Below are positions 46,398 through 57,257 of a stretch of DNA of 63,869 nucleotides, piece by piece. Numbering within the stretch: position 1 is the stretch's first letter; each line of letters opens with the position of its first letter. Position numbers and translations under genes: made by a program. The DNA lies in NCBI GenBank assembly GCA_048013815.1, contig CM106586.1:2294132-2358000 (forward strand), given 5' to 3'. Source of the DNA: Setoptus koraiensis (Eukaryota > Animalia > Arthropoda). The notes under the pieces were generated by a model. It did not search any database. It was not told the origin of the DNA and saw nothing but the letters and a program-made list of their open reading frames with translations.

Positions 46398-48371
46398 ATG
46401 GATCAACAACAATCAAACTTTATAATTGTATCATTACTGCTCGTGACGATGATTATTATTGTCACTATTCCAACTACTGTTATAACAGTTAAATCAAACA
46501 AATCACGACCACTAACGCGACCCGCTAAAACTTCAACAACCACACCGACACCGCTAACCTCTCTAGTAATTATTCAGAAAATTCATTACGAACACGAAGA
46601 AGTGGAATTGGATTGTGATGCAAGTCAGCAACTTAACATAACCCAATTAAAATCCGTAAATCACACTATTCGATGGAAACATGATGAAACTATTGTGCAT
46701 CGCGTTAACGGTGAATATATCTATTATAAGAACAATAATCTCACATTAAAACTTCCAAATGTTGGACAATCAGACAGTGGTATATATAAATGTGAAATAA
46801 CTACAAGCAAAACTCAAGTTTTAAGCGTCTATGATCTTCAAATCAAAACGCACATATTTCATGATAAACCCCATATAACACACCCACCTACTAATCACTC
46901 TGTGGAACTTGGCGCAAACATCACACTCACTTGTAACCATACTGAAACTAATCTCGTAACACATCTATATTGGTTTAAGATACCCCCTGTTACTGATAAA
47001 AACAAGACAGACTTATTTTGGTCAATTTACAATAATATCTATTATAATAAACGAGGATTATCATCGAATTTTTCTATCGGTGGACAAGACGAGACTCTTC
47101 AGCTCAATAATATCACTCAAGACATGCTTGGCGGTTATGGATGTCATGTTCAAAACGCAATGGGATCCGATGCTAGAATAGGCTACATTACCTTGACCAC
47201 AAGAATTGAACCACTAATCAATGTTCAGCCCGATACAGACTACAAACTACAAACTGCCATAGGTGTGCTATCAGTTGCTTGCATTAGTTCAATACTGTAT
47301 ATATTGTACAAATTCAAAATAACAACTTTGAATCCTACAATCAACAAAGATATTCAAACTAGCGATCTTAAAGACGCAGTCTCCAATTGGACGCCATCAG
47401 TTGACACCAGACTTATATCTATTCAATCATCCATGTATGACTTCTTACCATACACTGACTCTACAGAATGCAATTTCCAGCCGTCGCTCATTTGCAATCC
47501 ATTTTACGGCCAGGTACCAATGACAACTGAATTTGCTGGAAATAAAATCGAATTCCTCAATGTATTAGGTAAGGGTGACTTTGGAGAAGTATGGAAATGC
47601 GTACACCACGCTAGCGATTACACAAGAATAGTTGCTGTCAAACGAATTATTCATCGAGAAGGTTTCGCAACAAAAGAACGTTTAGGTTTGCTGGCTGAAA
47701 TCGAGATTATGAAATTACTAGGCAAGCACCCAAATGTCGTCCAGTTCCATGGTTGTTGTACGCAAGAAGATATGCCAATCTACTTGATTATGGAATTTGT
47801 CGAGAAAGGCGGGCTGATAGACTATCTTCGAAAGAGTAGAACTTACATCAATTTGAGCGATAATTATCTGACCTCTAGAGATTTGATACGTTTCTCATAC
47901 GATATAGCCAAAGGAATGGACTACGTTTCTTCACAAGGAATTGTACACAGGGATCTCGCTGCGAGAAATATTTTACTGTCCGCCAATAACACATGCAAAG
48001 TCGCTGATTTCGGTTTTGCAAGAAAAATTAATGATGAGTGCCCTTATGAGAAAAAATCTGATGACAAAGTTCCCGTCAGATGGATGGCCCCGGAATCGTT
48101 CCCAAACAAAAACATCTACACCACTAAATCAGATGTTTTCTCATTTGGTATACTGGTCTGGGAGATTGTGACCCTAGGCTCGACACCTTATGAAAAGCTA
48201 ACAGCAGGAGAAGTCAGAGAAAAGGTTTGCCTTGGAGAAAGATTGTTACGTCCACAGCACTGCAAAGAAGAGTTGTTTGCAATCATGTTAGACTGCTGGT
48301 CTTCCGAACCAAACAGAAGACCAAGATTTGACGAATTAGCACAGAAATTAGATTCCCTGTCTGCTAGTGCA
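46398..48371 (+). CDS. Receptor tyrosine kinase: signal peptide, two Ig domains, TM, Cad96Ca/Ret-family-like kinase; 3' end lost in the gap
   Basis: Ig motifs (C..W..DSGIYKC and TC..YWFK..GYGC), TM AIGVLSVACISSILYILY, kinase GKGDFG, VAVK, HRDLAARN, DFG, RWMAPE. 658 codons before the Ns. Confidence 0.9.
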
Positions 48372-48871
48372 NNNNNNNNNNNNNNNNNNNNNNNNNNNNN
48401 NNNNNNNNNNNNNNNNNNNNNNNNNNNNNNNNNNNNNNNNNNNNNNNNNNNNNNNNNNNNNNNNNNNNNNNNNNNNNNNNNNNNNNNNNNNNNNNNNNNN
48501 NNNNNNNNNNNNNNNNNNNNNNNNNNNNNNNNNNNNNNNNNNNNNNNNNNNNNNNNNNNNNNNNNNNNNNNNNNNNNNNNNNNNNNNNNNNNNNNNNNNN
48601 NNNNNNNNNNNNNNNNNNNNNNNNNNNNNNNNNNNNNNNNNNNNNNNNNNNNNNNNNNNNNNNNNNNNNNNNNNNNNNNNNNNNNNNNNNNNNNNNNNNN
48701 NNNNNNNNNNNNNNNNNNNNNNNNNNNNNNNNNNNNNNNNNNNNNNNNNNNNNNNNNNNNNNNNNNNNNNNNNNNNNNNNNNNNNNNNNNNNNNNNNNNN
48801 NNNNNNNNNNNNNNNNNNNNNNNNNNNNNNNNNNNNNNNNNNNNNNNNNNNNNNNNNNNNNNNNNNNNNNN
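48372..48871. other. Assembly gap (500 N)
   Basis: Exactly 500 N; the round number suggests a placeholder size. Confidence 0.99.
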
Positions 48872-49475
48872 GTTTTTTTTGTCATCATTCTACTTAAACT
48901 CTGATATAGATTAATAAATGGCTAATCATTCGGTTCTGAATGTTGCTGCTATTTGGGAGCTTGTCGCAAAGTCAGAAGCCAATCATAATACTGGCCCCGA
49001 TTCGAACATACGTATAACTGCGAACGACTACTTTTATCTGCCGGTTGATGGTGTCAGAGACCATGGGCGGCAGGCAATTGTCTTCTTACTCCGACAAATG
49101 AAGATGATAATTATAACGCTATAATATTCATCAATAACAAGCGTTGAGAGATAATAACTTTCGAAATCAATAATGATTGGTCGCTGAATAGTGCGAACTG
49201 GCGCAATGAATATGAACGTTTGACACTTAGATACGACCCAGACATGGAGATGTATAGTTTCAACTATGGAAATGTTACTGCAGAGGACTCTAGTAAGGGA
49301 TCGTCATGTTTTTGGAGCTTGCATCATTATAAACAAGTTATACTGATCATACCAGTATAAGAGCGCTTAATTAATCAAGTTAATGATTTTAGATGTGAAG
49401 ACAGTTTCTAGCGTAGTAATGAGTGGCAGACATCAAAAATTGATTAGACTTTCACAGATTGTGTATGGCACAGTG

Positions 49476-50114
49476 CTAGCTGTCTCTAGAAAGTTTCAAG
49501 AAAATATCCTGGTGAGAACAGGTGGTTGCATGCTCGGGAGGTGGACTGATTGTTAAAGCTAAAACTAGTCCACCTCCCAGGCATGAGTCACCCCACGCTA
49601 TTTGAAATAGGTTTGAAATATTTGATAGGAAATTCAACAGAATATCATAATCCAAAAGTCCTCGTAACTGGTCGTTCTCTTTACTAATTAAATTAATGAT
49701 GCCAAGCCTCTTCCATTTTTTAGCTCCTCCAATCTGCTTGCTTATAGTGAATAACTCAGTTTTAAGAATGTAATCTGCTCTTTCTCCTACATAAATAACG
49801 AATAAGCCGTCTATTACCGAATCCTTGGAAGATTCAACCATAACCACACCATAAGGACGGTTGTCTTTACTTCTCCTACCGACATAAATAAGGACCTCCC
49901 CCGATTCTCCGATAATATTCCTGGAAATACCTGAAAAATGAGTATCCAAGAGATGTATATTATAGCGGCCTTGATTTGCAAAACGACTCCTCAAAATCCT
50001 GGTGATAATAACACGACGTTGGACTTCCATTGTTTCCCTGGAGTAACCAATTAATTATTTTCTTCGATAATAAGATGGATATGGCTGTGATGATTCGATT
50101 AATATAATCTAATC

Positions 50115-50184
<70 letters not shown>

Positions 50185-50682
50185 GCGATCCAGCGGATTA
50201 ATTTTGGACGAGCAGCTGAAACTCTCATCAGAAATTCGAATTTTCAATTCCGAATCGTCACCACCCAACTTCTCACAAATTGACCAAGTCCAATCCCCAC
50301 AGGATAGCATACGAAATATTTTTGAGTGAAGCGATAATAGACAAAGTCCAATCTCTATAGAAATACATGTGTAATGTCTAGCAGGATTCTCACAAATAAC
50401 CAAGTCAAACCACCATAAGATTATATAGTCACGTGAATAAACATAGTCATAATCACCACTCCAATAGCAGCTTAAATAAAATTAAGCGCTAAAAATGCGA
50501 AGTACAGGGAATGAAGTGAATTCTTCGAAGTCAAGTCTCCATAGAGAACAAACTCGAGCAACCGAAGCTAAAGACTTTTGGCGCACCCTATATAAATAAT
50601 TTGCCACCGTTTCTGCCAACATTGGCAGAAAGTCCGTATGGTTAAAACCACGAGTATAAACCATTTCTACCGGCATTTCCAC
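49476..50682 (-). pseudogene. Interrupted coding-like region starting with an F-box-like motif; possible pseudogene or spliced orphan
   Basis: FLPMLAETVANYL..KSLASVARVCSLWR resembles an F-box. The frame continues after one TAA, includes an (AG)n, and is followed by a 184-aa ORF in another frame. Confidence 0.3.
50118..50181. repeat. (CT)32 microsatellite
   Basis: Direct reading. Confidence 0.97.
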
Positions 50683-50943
50683 TTCGTATGAAGCTCACCA
50701 ATTGTTATCACCGATTGTGTGTGGTGCATGTTAGACATCTGGCTACAATGCCCACTATGTGCAATCTCTCTACCTGATGTTTTTTCTCTTATCATTCGGT
50801 CAAATATCGAGCGACACACAACTTGTTGTGTCGCTCTCGGATATACGATTCACTCACAGAAACGGGTAGAAATAACGTCATGAACAGGAGGCCAATCTCG
50901 TCAAGCTGATCGCATCGTAATAAATCGAATTAATACAGTCTTA

Positions 50944-51139
50944 CACTGGTGGAAAGAACAGATTCCGCAGTAAGTATCTCGGCTTCTATAATTGCTAGGA
51001 CTTTGAATTTTTCGCACTCACTTCTTGGTGTACCGATGTAATTTTGTTCAAAATTGGGTTCGAATCTGTTTAGTTTTATTCGAGTTATTTAGAAAAATGA
51101 TACTTTTGGGTTAGGCCGGATGGAAGAAACGAATTCCGC
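50944..51139 (+). repeat. Left terminal inverted repeat (196 bp)
   Basis: Reverse complement of 52292-52487 with 2 mismatches by my reading. Confidence 0.95.
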
Positions 51140-51254
51140 GCTCCAATTATGCATGTGTTCATAGGTCACACGTGTGTTTGTGACACTTTTCTTCGACTTT
51201 ATCGATAAATGATTGATTGATTGATTGATTGGCGAGCTTATTTATTAAAAAAAG

Positions 51255-52247
51255 ATGTATTCTGAAGATTTCAGAGCATTGATCAAAGCTCAATATGAAG
51301 AGCTCAAAAGTTATAGAGCCGTGGCGAGACTGGCCAAAACTGATGACAAAACAGTCAAAAGGATTGTCCACAATATTAGTGACTCCACTGGGAAGAAAGT
51401 TGGGAGACCACCAAAAGTGACGAGGCGCCAGAGGACCCTCATAAAGCGATTTACTCGAACGCTCAAGGCTTCCGGTTCGCGAGTAACTTCTAAAAAAGTT
51501 CATGTTGGTTGCGACTTGGCGCACGTTACTGAGCGGACCGTTCGCAACACTCTCCGATCTCTTCAAATGCAATTCAAGAAGGCCAAAAAAACCATCAAGC
51601 TTACTGCTCAGCAGAGGAAATTCAGGCTCCAAAAAGCGATGGATTGGATAGGTGACTCGCACCCTTGGAACAAGGTTGTTTTCTCCGATGAAAAGCGTTT
51701 TAACCTAGACGGACCTGACTCCTGGAGTTCATGGGCGGATACAAACGAAGATCTGGTGAGAAACAACCGACAACAAGGTGGAGGCAATGTCCAGATATGG
51801 GGTATGTTGACGCCTAATCATTGTTTGGTTGTATTTCAGCTTCATCAGCGATCCAAATCAAAAGATTACATCAAATTCTTGAGAACAGAGATAAAGCCGA
51901 TCTTGGACGCTACTTTTGATGAAGATTACATTTTTCAACAAGACAATGCGACGATCCATGTATCGGCCGAATCGCTTGATTGGATGGACCAAGTCGGGTT
52001 AAGTGTGATGGAGTGGCCATCTAAGAGCCCCGATTTGAATATCATCGAGAACTGTTGGCACATGATCTCTTCAAAAGTGTATGATCGAGATTCATTTGCC
52101 AACAAAAAAGATTTGTGGCTCGCCATCCAAGCGGCGGTCGCAGATATAAATGAGAATGAGAGAGACAAACTAGTCGGTCTAAGAGACTCTATCCCTCGCC
52201 GGTTGTTAGATGTCATCCAGTTGAAAGGAGACATCACTAAATATTAA
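51255..52247 (+). CDS. Tc3-like transposase, 330 aa
   Basis: HTH-GRPP-HTH N-terminus; VFSDEKRFNLDGPD, FQQDNATIHVS, WPSKSPDLNIIEN; 34 residues between the second D and the E. Confidence 0.96.
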   Translation: MYSEDFRALIKAQYEELKSYRAVARLAKTDDKTVKRIVHNISDSTGKKVGRPPKVTRRQRTLIKRFTRTLKASGSRVTSKKVHVGCDLAHVTERTVRNTLRSLQMQFKKAKKTIKLTAQQRKFRLQKAMDWIGDSHPWNKVVFSDEKRFNLDGPDSWSSWADTNEDLVRNNRQQGGGNVQIWGMLTPNHCLVVFQLHQRSKSKDYIKFLRTEIKPILDATFDEDYIFQQDNATIHVSAESLDWMDQVGLSVMEWPSKSPDLNIIENCWHMISSKVYDRDSFANKKDLWLAIQAAVADINENERDKLVGLRDSIPRRLLDVIQLKGDITKY

Positions 52248-52291
52248 AGTTTTGTTGATTTTTTGTTTGAAATTGCTGTCTCAAAGTTCAT

Positions 52292-52487
52292 GCGGAATTC
52301 GTTTCTTCCATTCGGCCTAACCCAAAAGTATCATTTTTCTAAATAACTCGAATAAAACTAAACAGATTCGAACCCAATTTTGAACAAAATTACATCGGTA
52401 CATCAAGAAGTGAGTGCGAAAAATTCAAAGTCCTAGCAATTATAGAAGCCGAGATACTTACTGCGGAATCTGTTCTTTCCACCAGTG
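52292..52487 (-). repeat. Right terminal inverted repeat (196 bp)
   Basis: Pairs with the left TIR. Confidence 0.95.
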
Positions 52488-53133
52488 TAGTGTACTATTC
52501 TATGACGCAATTAGACAGTATTACCAGTTGACTTAAAATACTTTTTTCTGACTCTTTTGCGCCATCGAGCCTTCACCGACAATCGACATGAACTTCGACA
52601 ACATGTTCGTCTACTAAGAGTTTATTCACTGACTCGTCCATTGGTTAGAAAGCACGCATAAACTATGCTTCCGGAAGTAAGCACATTCCCTTGTCAGTGA
52701 GGAAGAAGTGCGTTCAGCTTGACCATGATAACTGATAAGCAAGCCAACTGGCCTTTTATTAATAATGCAAGTCTAACTGTCGGCCGAGCCAGACATTATC
52801 ATTCGATTCAATTCAATTTATGCTTCCATATCTCTCTCTCTCTCTCCCTATCACTTAAATGCACCGACCATGATGCCATGATGAGCTTACGTGCGATGGG
52901 CTGTTGTTGTTGTTGCAACTTAACGCGAGTAATTGAATTTTTCGGCTAGTTGTCGCATAATGCAACTTGAATTGCTTCTGAGCAAGCGATTAAATTGTCG
53001 CACCCAAACGAAAGTTGGGTAGTTGCACAATATATGGCACCACTGAAACAATCACCTGCAATGAGTGAGAATATGCCCAAGCGTCTGTTTGACGTCCGAC
53101 CTAACATGAGGCCGATCGCCATCAGCAACTTAC

Positions 53134-53244
53134 CCCCGTGAGCCTGACACAATAGATTGAGATCGGAGCCCTCGTCGACGGGCCCAACTAGGTCATCTAT
53201 TTGTTCGCCTTTTTCATCACTTATTATCAAATTTGTTGGAGGCA
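53134..53244 (-). CDS. Sidestep/nephrin-family Ig protein, exon starting Ig2
   Basis: aaacag|(V)PPTNLIISDEKGEQIDDLVGPVDEGSDLNLLCQAHG(G)|GTAAGT; phase 1-1. Confidence 0.85.
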
Positions 53245-53425
53245 CTGTTTCCGTTGGATGGGCGAGGTTATTTCCGGTCCAGCGATATGCAGATTTTTCA
53301 TTTAGGCGCAACGCCAATTTAATAGTGGATTATTGAAAATGAGATGTCAGTTCTAAATGAGGTATCCGATTGTTGTTAACTTTTTTTACATTCAATCTGA
53401 GTTGATCAAGCGCGCACAAACTCAC

Positions 53426-53767
53426 CTATTACGAAGAGTATAATTAAAAAGTTTTCCCTTGGCTTGGAATAATAATCAACTCGGCATCTGTATTCACTTT
53501 GGTCTTCTTCTACAATGGTGTCTATTTCCAATTGGGGCGGCATTAACCTTGTGTGAAATCTGGCTCGATCCATATACGAGTCGTGGACATAATGTCGTGC
53601 TTCATCCAATGGCTTATGTCTAGCATCAACAGTATAAATTGGACTTGATTTACTGTTGATGGCGCCCTTGTACCACAGAACCAAACTGACCTGATCGTTT
53701 GACCAGTATGTGGCGTTGCACACTAAGCGAATCCTCGATCCTAGGGGCGCTTTGTAGAAGCTCGTAC
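53426..53767 (-). CDS. Sidestep/nephrin-family Ig protein, V-type Ig1 exon
   Basis: LVC..LVLWYK..PIYTVDAR..DQSEYRCRVDY is the Sidestep-family pattern. Acceptor atag|, donor G|GTGAGT, 342 nt, phase 1-1. Confidence 0.88.
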
Positions 53768-56700
53768 CTATTTGAATAATCAGCAATAATATAATGAATC
53801 GATATTCAAAATATTGGATGTAACAACAATAAAATAGATAGAAGAACAGGGTTAGTTGTTAGTTATGCAAAAATGTTCATCATCAACTGTTCATGTTGTT
53901 AGCTGTGTGTGTTTTCGGAAAAAAAAGTGTTCAAGAGAAAAAATTACAATAAAATTGCCAACTGTCGGCCATTTTTGTGCACATTCGTTGAATATCAGCA
54001 TCGATTATTGCCAGACCCGGGATTCGTGTGGATGCTATATAATTTGGCTTTCGTGTCAGGGCCACTTTAATTCAATTCCAGCCGGTTCGATTCAATTGTC
54101 ACCGGGCGCACTGCTCGGCTGGCGAGCATCACATGCATTCCAACTCAAACTCCAGCCGAAATATTTTGTCGACAAACGCCAACTTAATTAAGTCGCGCCA
54201 ATAGCTGATCGCTAGTCGCCACGTTTTCGCTGTTCGGGGGCGCTGGCTGGTTTGTTGCGACTACTACAGCGACAACAACGCTCTGATCATAATTGTTACT
54301 TTCGTCGTTGTGTCGGCTGTTGTCGCGACAACATTTTGCGAATCACTTCTTGTTGGTGCCGTCGTTGGTTCTTTGGCGCTGTTCGCAGATGGGATAATCT
54401 GATCAAGTGTCTGATCATTGATTATTCAGAAAACACGAACGACGAAGAAGAACACTTGTCACTCACTAGAACGGCGCCATGTACATATTATATGTATACA
54501 TGTAAAAAATTACATAATGTTAGCAAGACAGCACATGTGTGTACCGTTACTTAACTTCAATAACAGCGTACGACAGCGTGTTACAGCGACAGCCCGACGA
54601 TGCAGCTCGCATTAAACTTATGCCAGACCAAATCAATCTCTCCATTCTTATTACGCAACACCACCATTTATCTGCTCCATTAGGACATGAACAGCAGCGA
54701 CTTCTCTCGCCGTCTCACATCATTTAGCCCTAGTCAAATGAGTGTAGACCGTACATCCGTACATGTACCATTTCGTACATGTCATATATATATACCGCTG
54801 TATATGCCGTGTTTGTGACGGAATATCTGCACCCTGATGCCAATATGATGGCCACACTAACTGTTGAAACACAGCGGTTGATACCACGAGTCCCAACTAG
54901 CAGGCCGAAGTCATCTATTTGAGGCCAAACGAAGCCTCTCTTGCACTGGAACGCGCCACAAATCAACACCAGATCTCACAAAGTAGTATGCAGGCTGCAT
55001 AAGAAATCTATTAAACCCAGATATATCATCGAGCGTCTGTTTGAGGAGCACAGCGAACTGTGTTTGAAGCCGCGATTTTCCAAGTTCAACACTCATCGAC
55101 TCTGCGTGCTCGCTAGACCGGAACTGTAACCCGAAAACAATCCGATAGATTACTTTCGCTCTATACTATTCTCCCACTCTCTGTAGATTTTTGCTGAGCT
55201 ACAGATTTTCACCGAGCTTCGGATGGGCGAGCGCGATGAAAAAGCAACGCAATTCGCGATATCTGCTAACCGGTTGGCAGCGATAAATCTTGGAACTGCA
55301 CTATAACTTACTAGATTGCGCAAGCTGTCAATGCAGCAACCAAACAGATAGCAAGTTGTTGGCCAGGCTCGTATGTGTGTGGGCCGGCCATTATTCATTA
55401 AAATGAGTCTGGTCTCACTTGATCCAAGACGCCTCCCGAACGCTCGTTGCTCACCGACACTCCACCTAACTGAGGCACTGTCATTGGGGCCAGCACGGCC
55501 ATTGGAGTGGTCGGTTAATCGTTGCCATATATCTATATGAGTTGTCATCAAGTTTGATGGGCCCACTGGACGTGTTTTGTTGTGTGACAAGTTACTCAAC
55601 GGTAATACTGTCACGTTCAATTGGCCCTTAGTTCAATCGCAACGCCAAAAAAAAAGAAAGAAAGAAAGACAAACACACCTCATGTTTTGCCGTCTGTCTA
55701 TGGCTTGTGTTGGCACTTTGTGTCGACATTACATAACACTTGGCCAGTGCGCCCCTAGTGGCCATTGCACTCAAAACAACTGTCGGCACAACGACAGGCT
55801 CCGGCCAATGGCACGAAAATGGCGGTGCTTTATGGTATCTAGTGGCTGCCTGCAACACTGGCCGGCAGCAGTAACAAGCTGACGCAAGTAGCACCGTCGC
55901 TTCTATCGGCCGGCCCATCGGAGGCAATCATTAATGATGACTCATCGGTGATGCCCACTGAAAAGAGATCGTATCGCTTGGCTGTGACTGGCGTGTTCGA
56001 GCGAGCGAAAATAAATTTGATTGTTTAATTCAATTGGTCGCTGTGTCGGCAGTGCGCGGGCGGCATCGCTCACTGTCCAGTTACGCAACTATAGTGGCAA
56101 AAGATACGCACCCGGTCTAATGAGTGCCGCACCGGTCAAAACTCAATTAGCACACTAGCACCAGCTGATTGCAATTAAGTGCAAGCGAACTCATTTATGA
56201 TGGGAGATGTCGCCGCACCAGCCATACGGCACCACGATTATTTAGCCTCTCTCTCTCTCTCTCTCTTTTTTCCTTCTTTTTTTTCTATCTCTTTTTCGTG
56301 CTCCAATTCTCCGCGTAAGCATGCCCAAAATAGACGCCATGACACCTGTACGGGAAACAACAATTTTCAGCGACGTCATTACACAGACACGAAACGAGCG
56401 TGGTCGCGGTTAGCTCATTAGTTGGTTGACCTCATCTCACTATTTATTCGCGGGCAAATCTCCTGCGCGAACCTTAGCCCCATCGAGTGCCTTACGCAAT
56501 CATTTGCTGGCCAGTCAGCTTATCCGAACTGGCCACTGTGAGCTGGCCATGGGTTCCATCACATGCATTAGTGTGTGTGTGTCGGTCGTAAGCGTCATGC
56601 GACAACCAGCTGAGAGGGCCGCTTTTCAACTAATGGCCAGGCGAGAGAGAGGTGCCCATTTAATTTATGTGGCCCGTAATCAGCTTGATGAGCCAGTTCT

Positions 56701-57191
56701 CTGGATCTCATTTGATCTGGATAAGCGAGGGGCCAGTCACGAGTGAGTGAGTTGCCCCTTCGCCGGCTCATTCCGGCTGATTATTATTTTTGTTTTTTAT
56801 CGATTGCACATAAATTCTATCAATTCATTTCAGCGGCTGGCCCTGACCGGATTGTCGTTGGGCGTCTCCACTTTGGCCGCTTGACCATGCGCCATGCTGC
56901 AGGCCCGAATAAACGCTCGTGGCAAACTGAGCATGATGATGGTGCACGAGTCAATGACAAACTGACGAGGCGACAAAATGACAAAAGATGATATAATCTA
57001 GATTAGAGAGATCAGGTGATCGCAGCCGTCACACGACCAGCAGAGCCCTGTGGTGCTCTGTTCTCATCTCGCTCTGATCACATTGCCAGTCGATGCCATA
57101 CTGTCGATGTGGCACTGGAATTATCCACTTTCTTGCGTAATCTGGGCCCACATTGTGCAGCCCCGATTGTCTTTCGTTGGTTACATTCCTT

Positions 57192-57192
<1 letters not shown>

Positions 57193-57246
<54 letters not shown>

Positions 57247-57257
57247 CACACACACAC
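57193..57257. repeat. (CA)n microsatellite
   Basis: Direct reading. Confidence 0.95.

Larger units (their letters stand above)
50944..52487 (+). mobile_element. Intact Tc1/mariner-superfamily DNA transposon (Tc3-like, DD34E), 1544 bp
   Basis: TA|CACTGGTGG...CCACCAGTG|TA, with TA duplication at 50942-43 and 52488-89, 196-bp TIRs and an uninterrupted transposase. Confidence 0.97.

Noticed and set aside
48364-48914. X-filled ORFs and the 838-aa length given for the RTK
   Set aside because: They read through the N gap; sequence after the gap cannot be assigned to the kinase.
50030-50181. (AG)n slippage as a phase switch joining the upstream frame to the 184-aa ORF
   Set aside because: The 184-aa frame has a TAA between the repeat and its ATG, so changing repeat number cannot fuse them.
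51057-51066. GGTTCGAATC B-box-like motif in the TIR, and GGTTCGATTC at 54084-54093, as tRNA or SINE
   Set aside because: No T-stem pairing, cloverleaf or convincing A-box.
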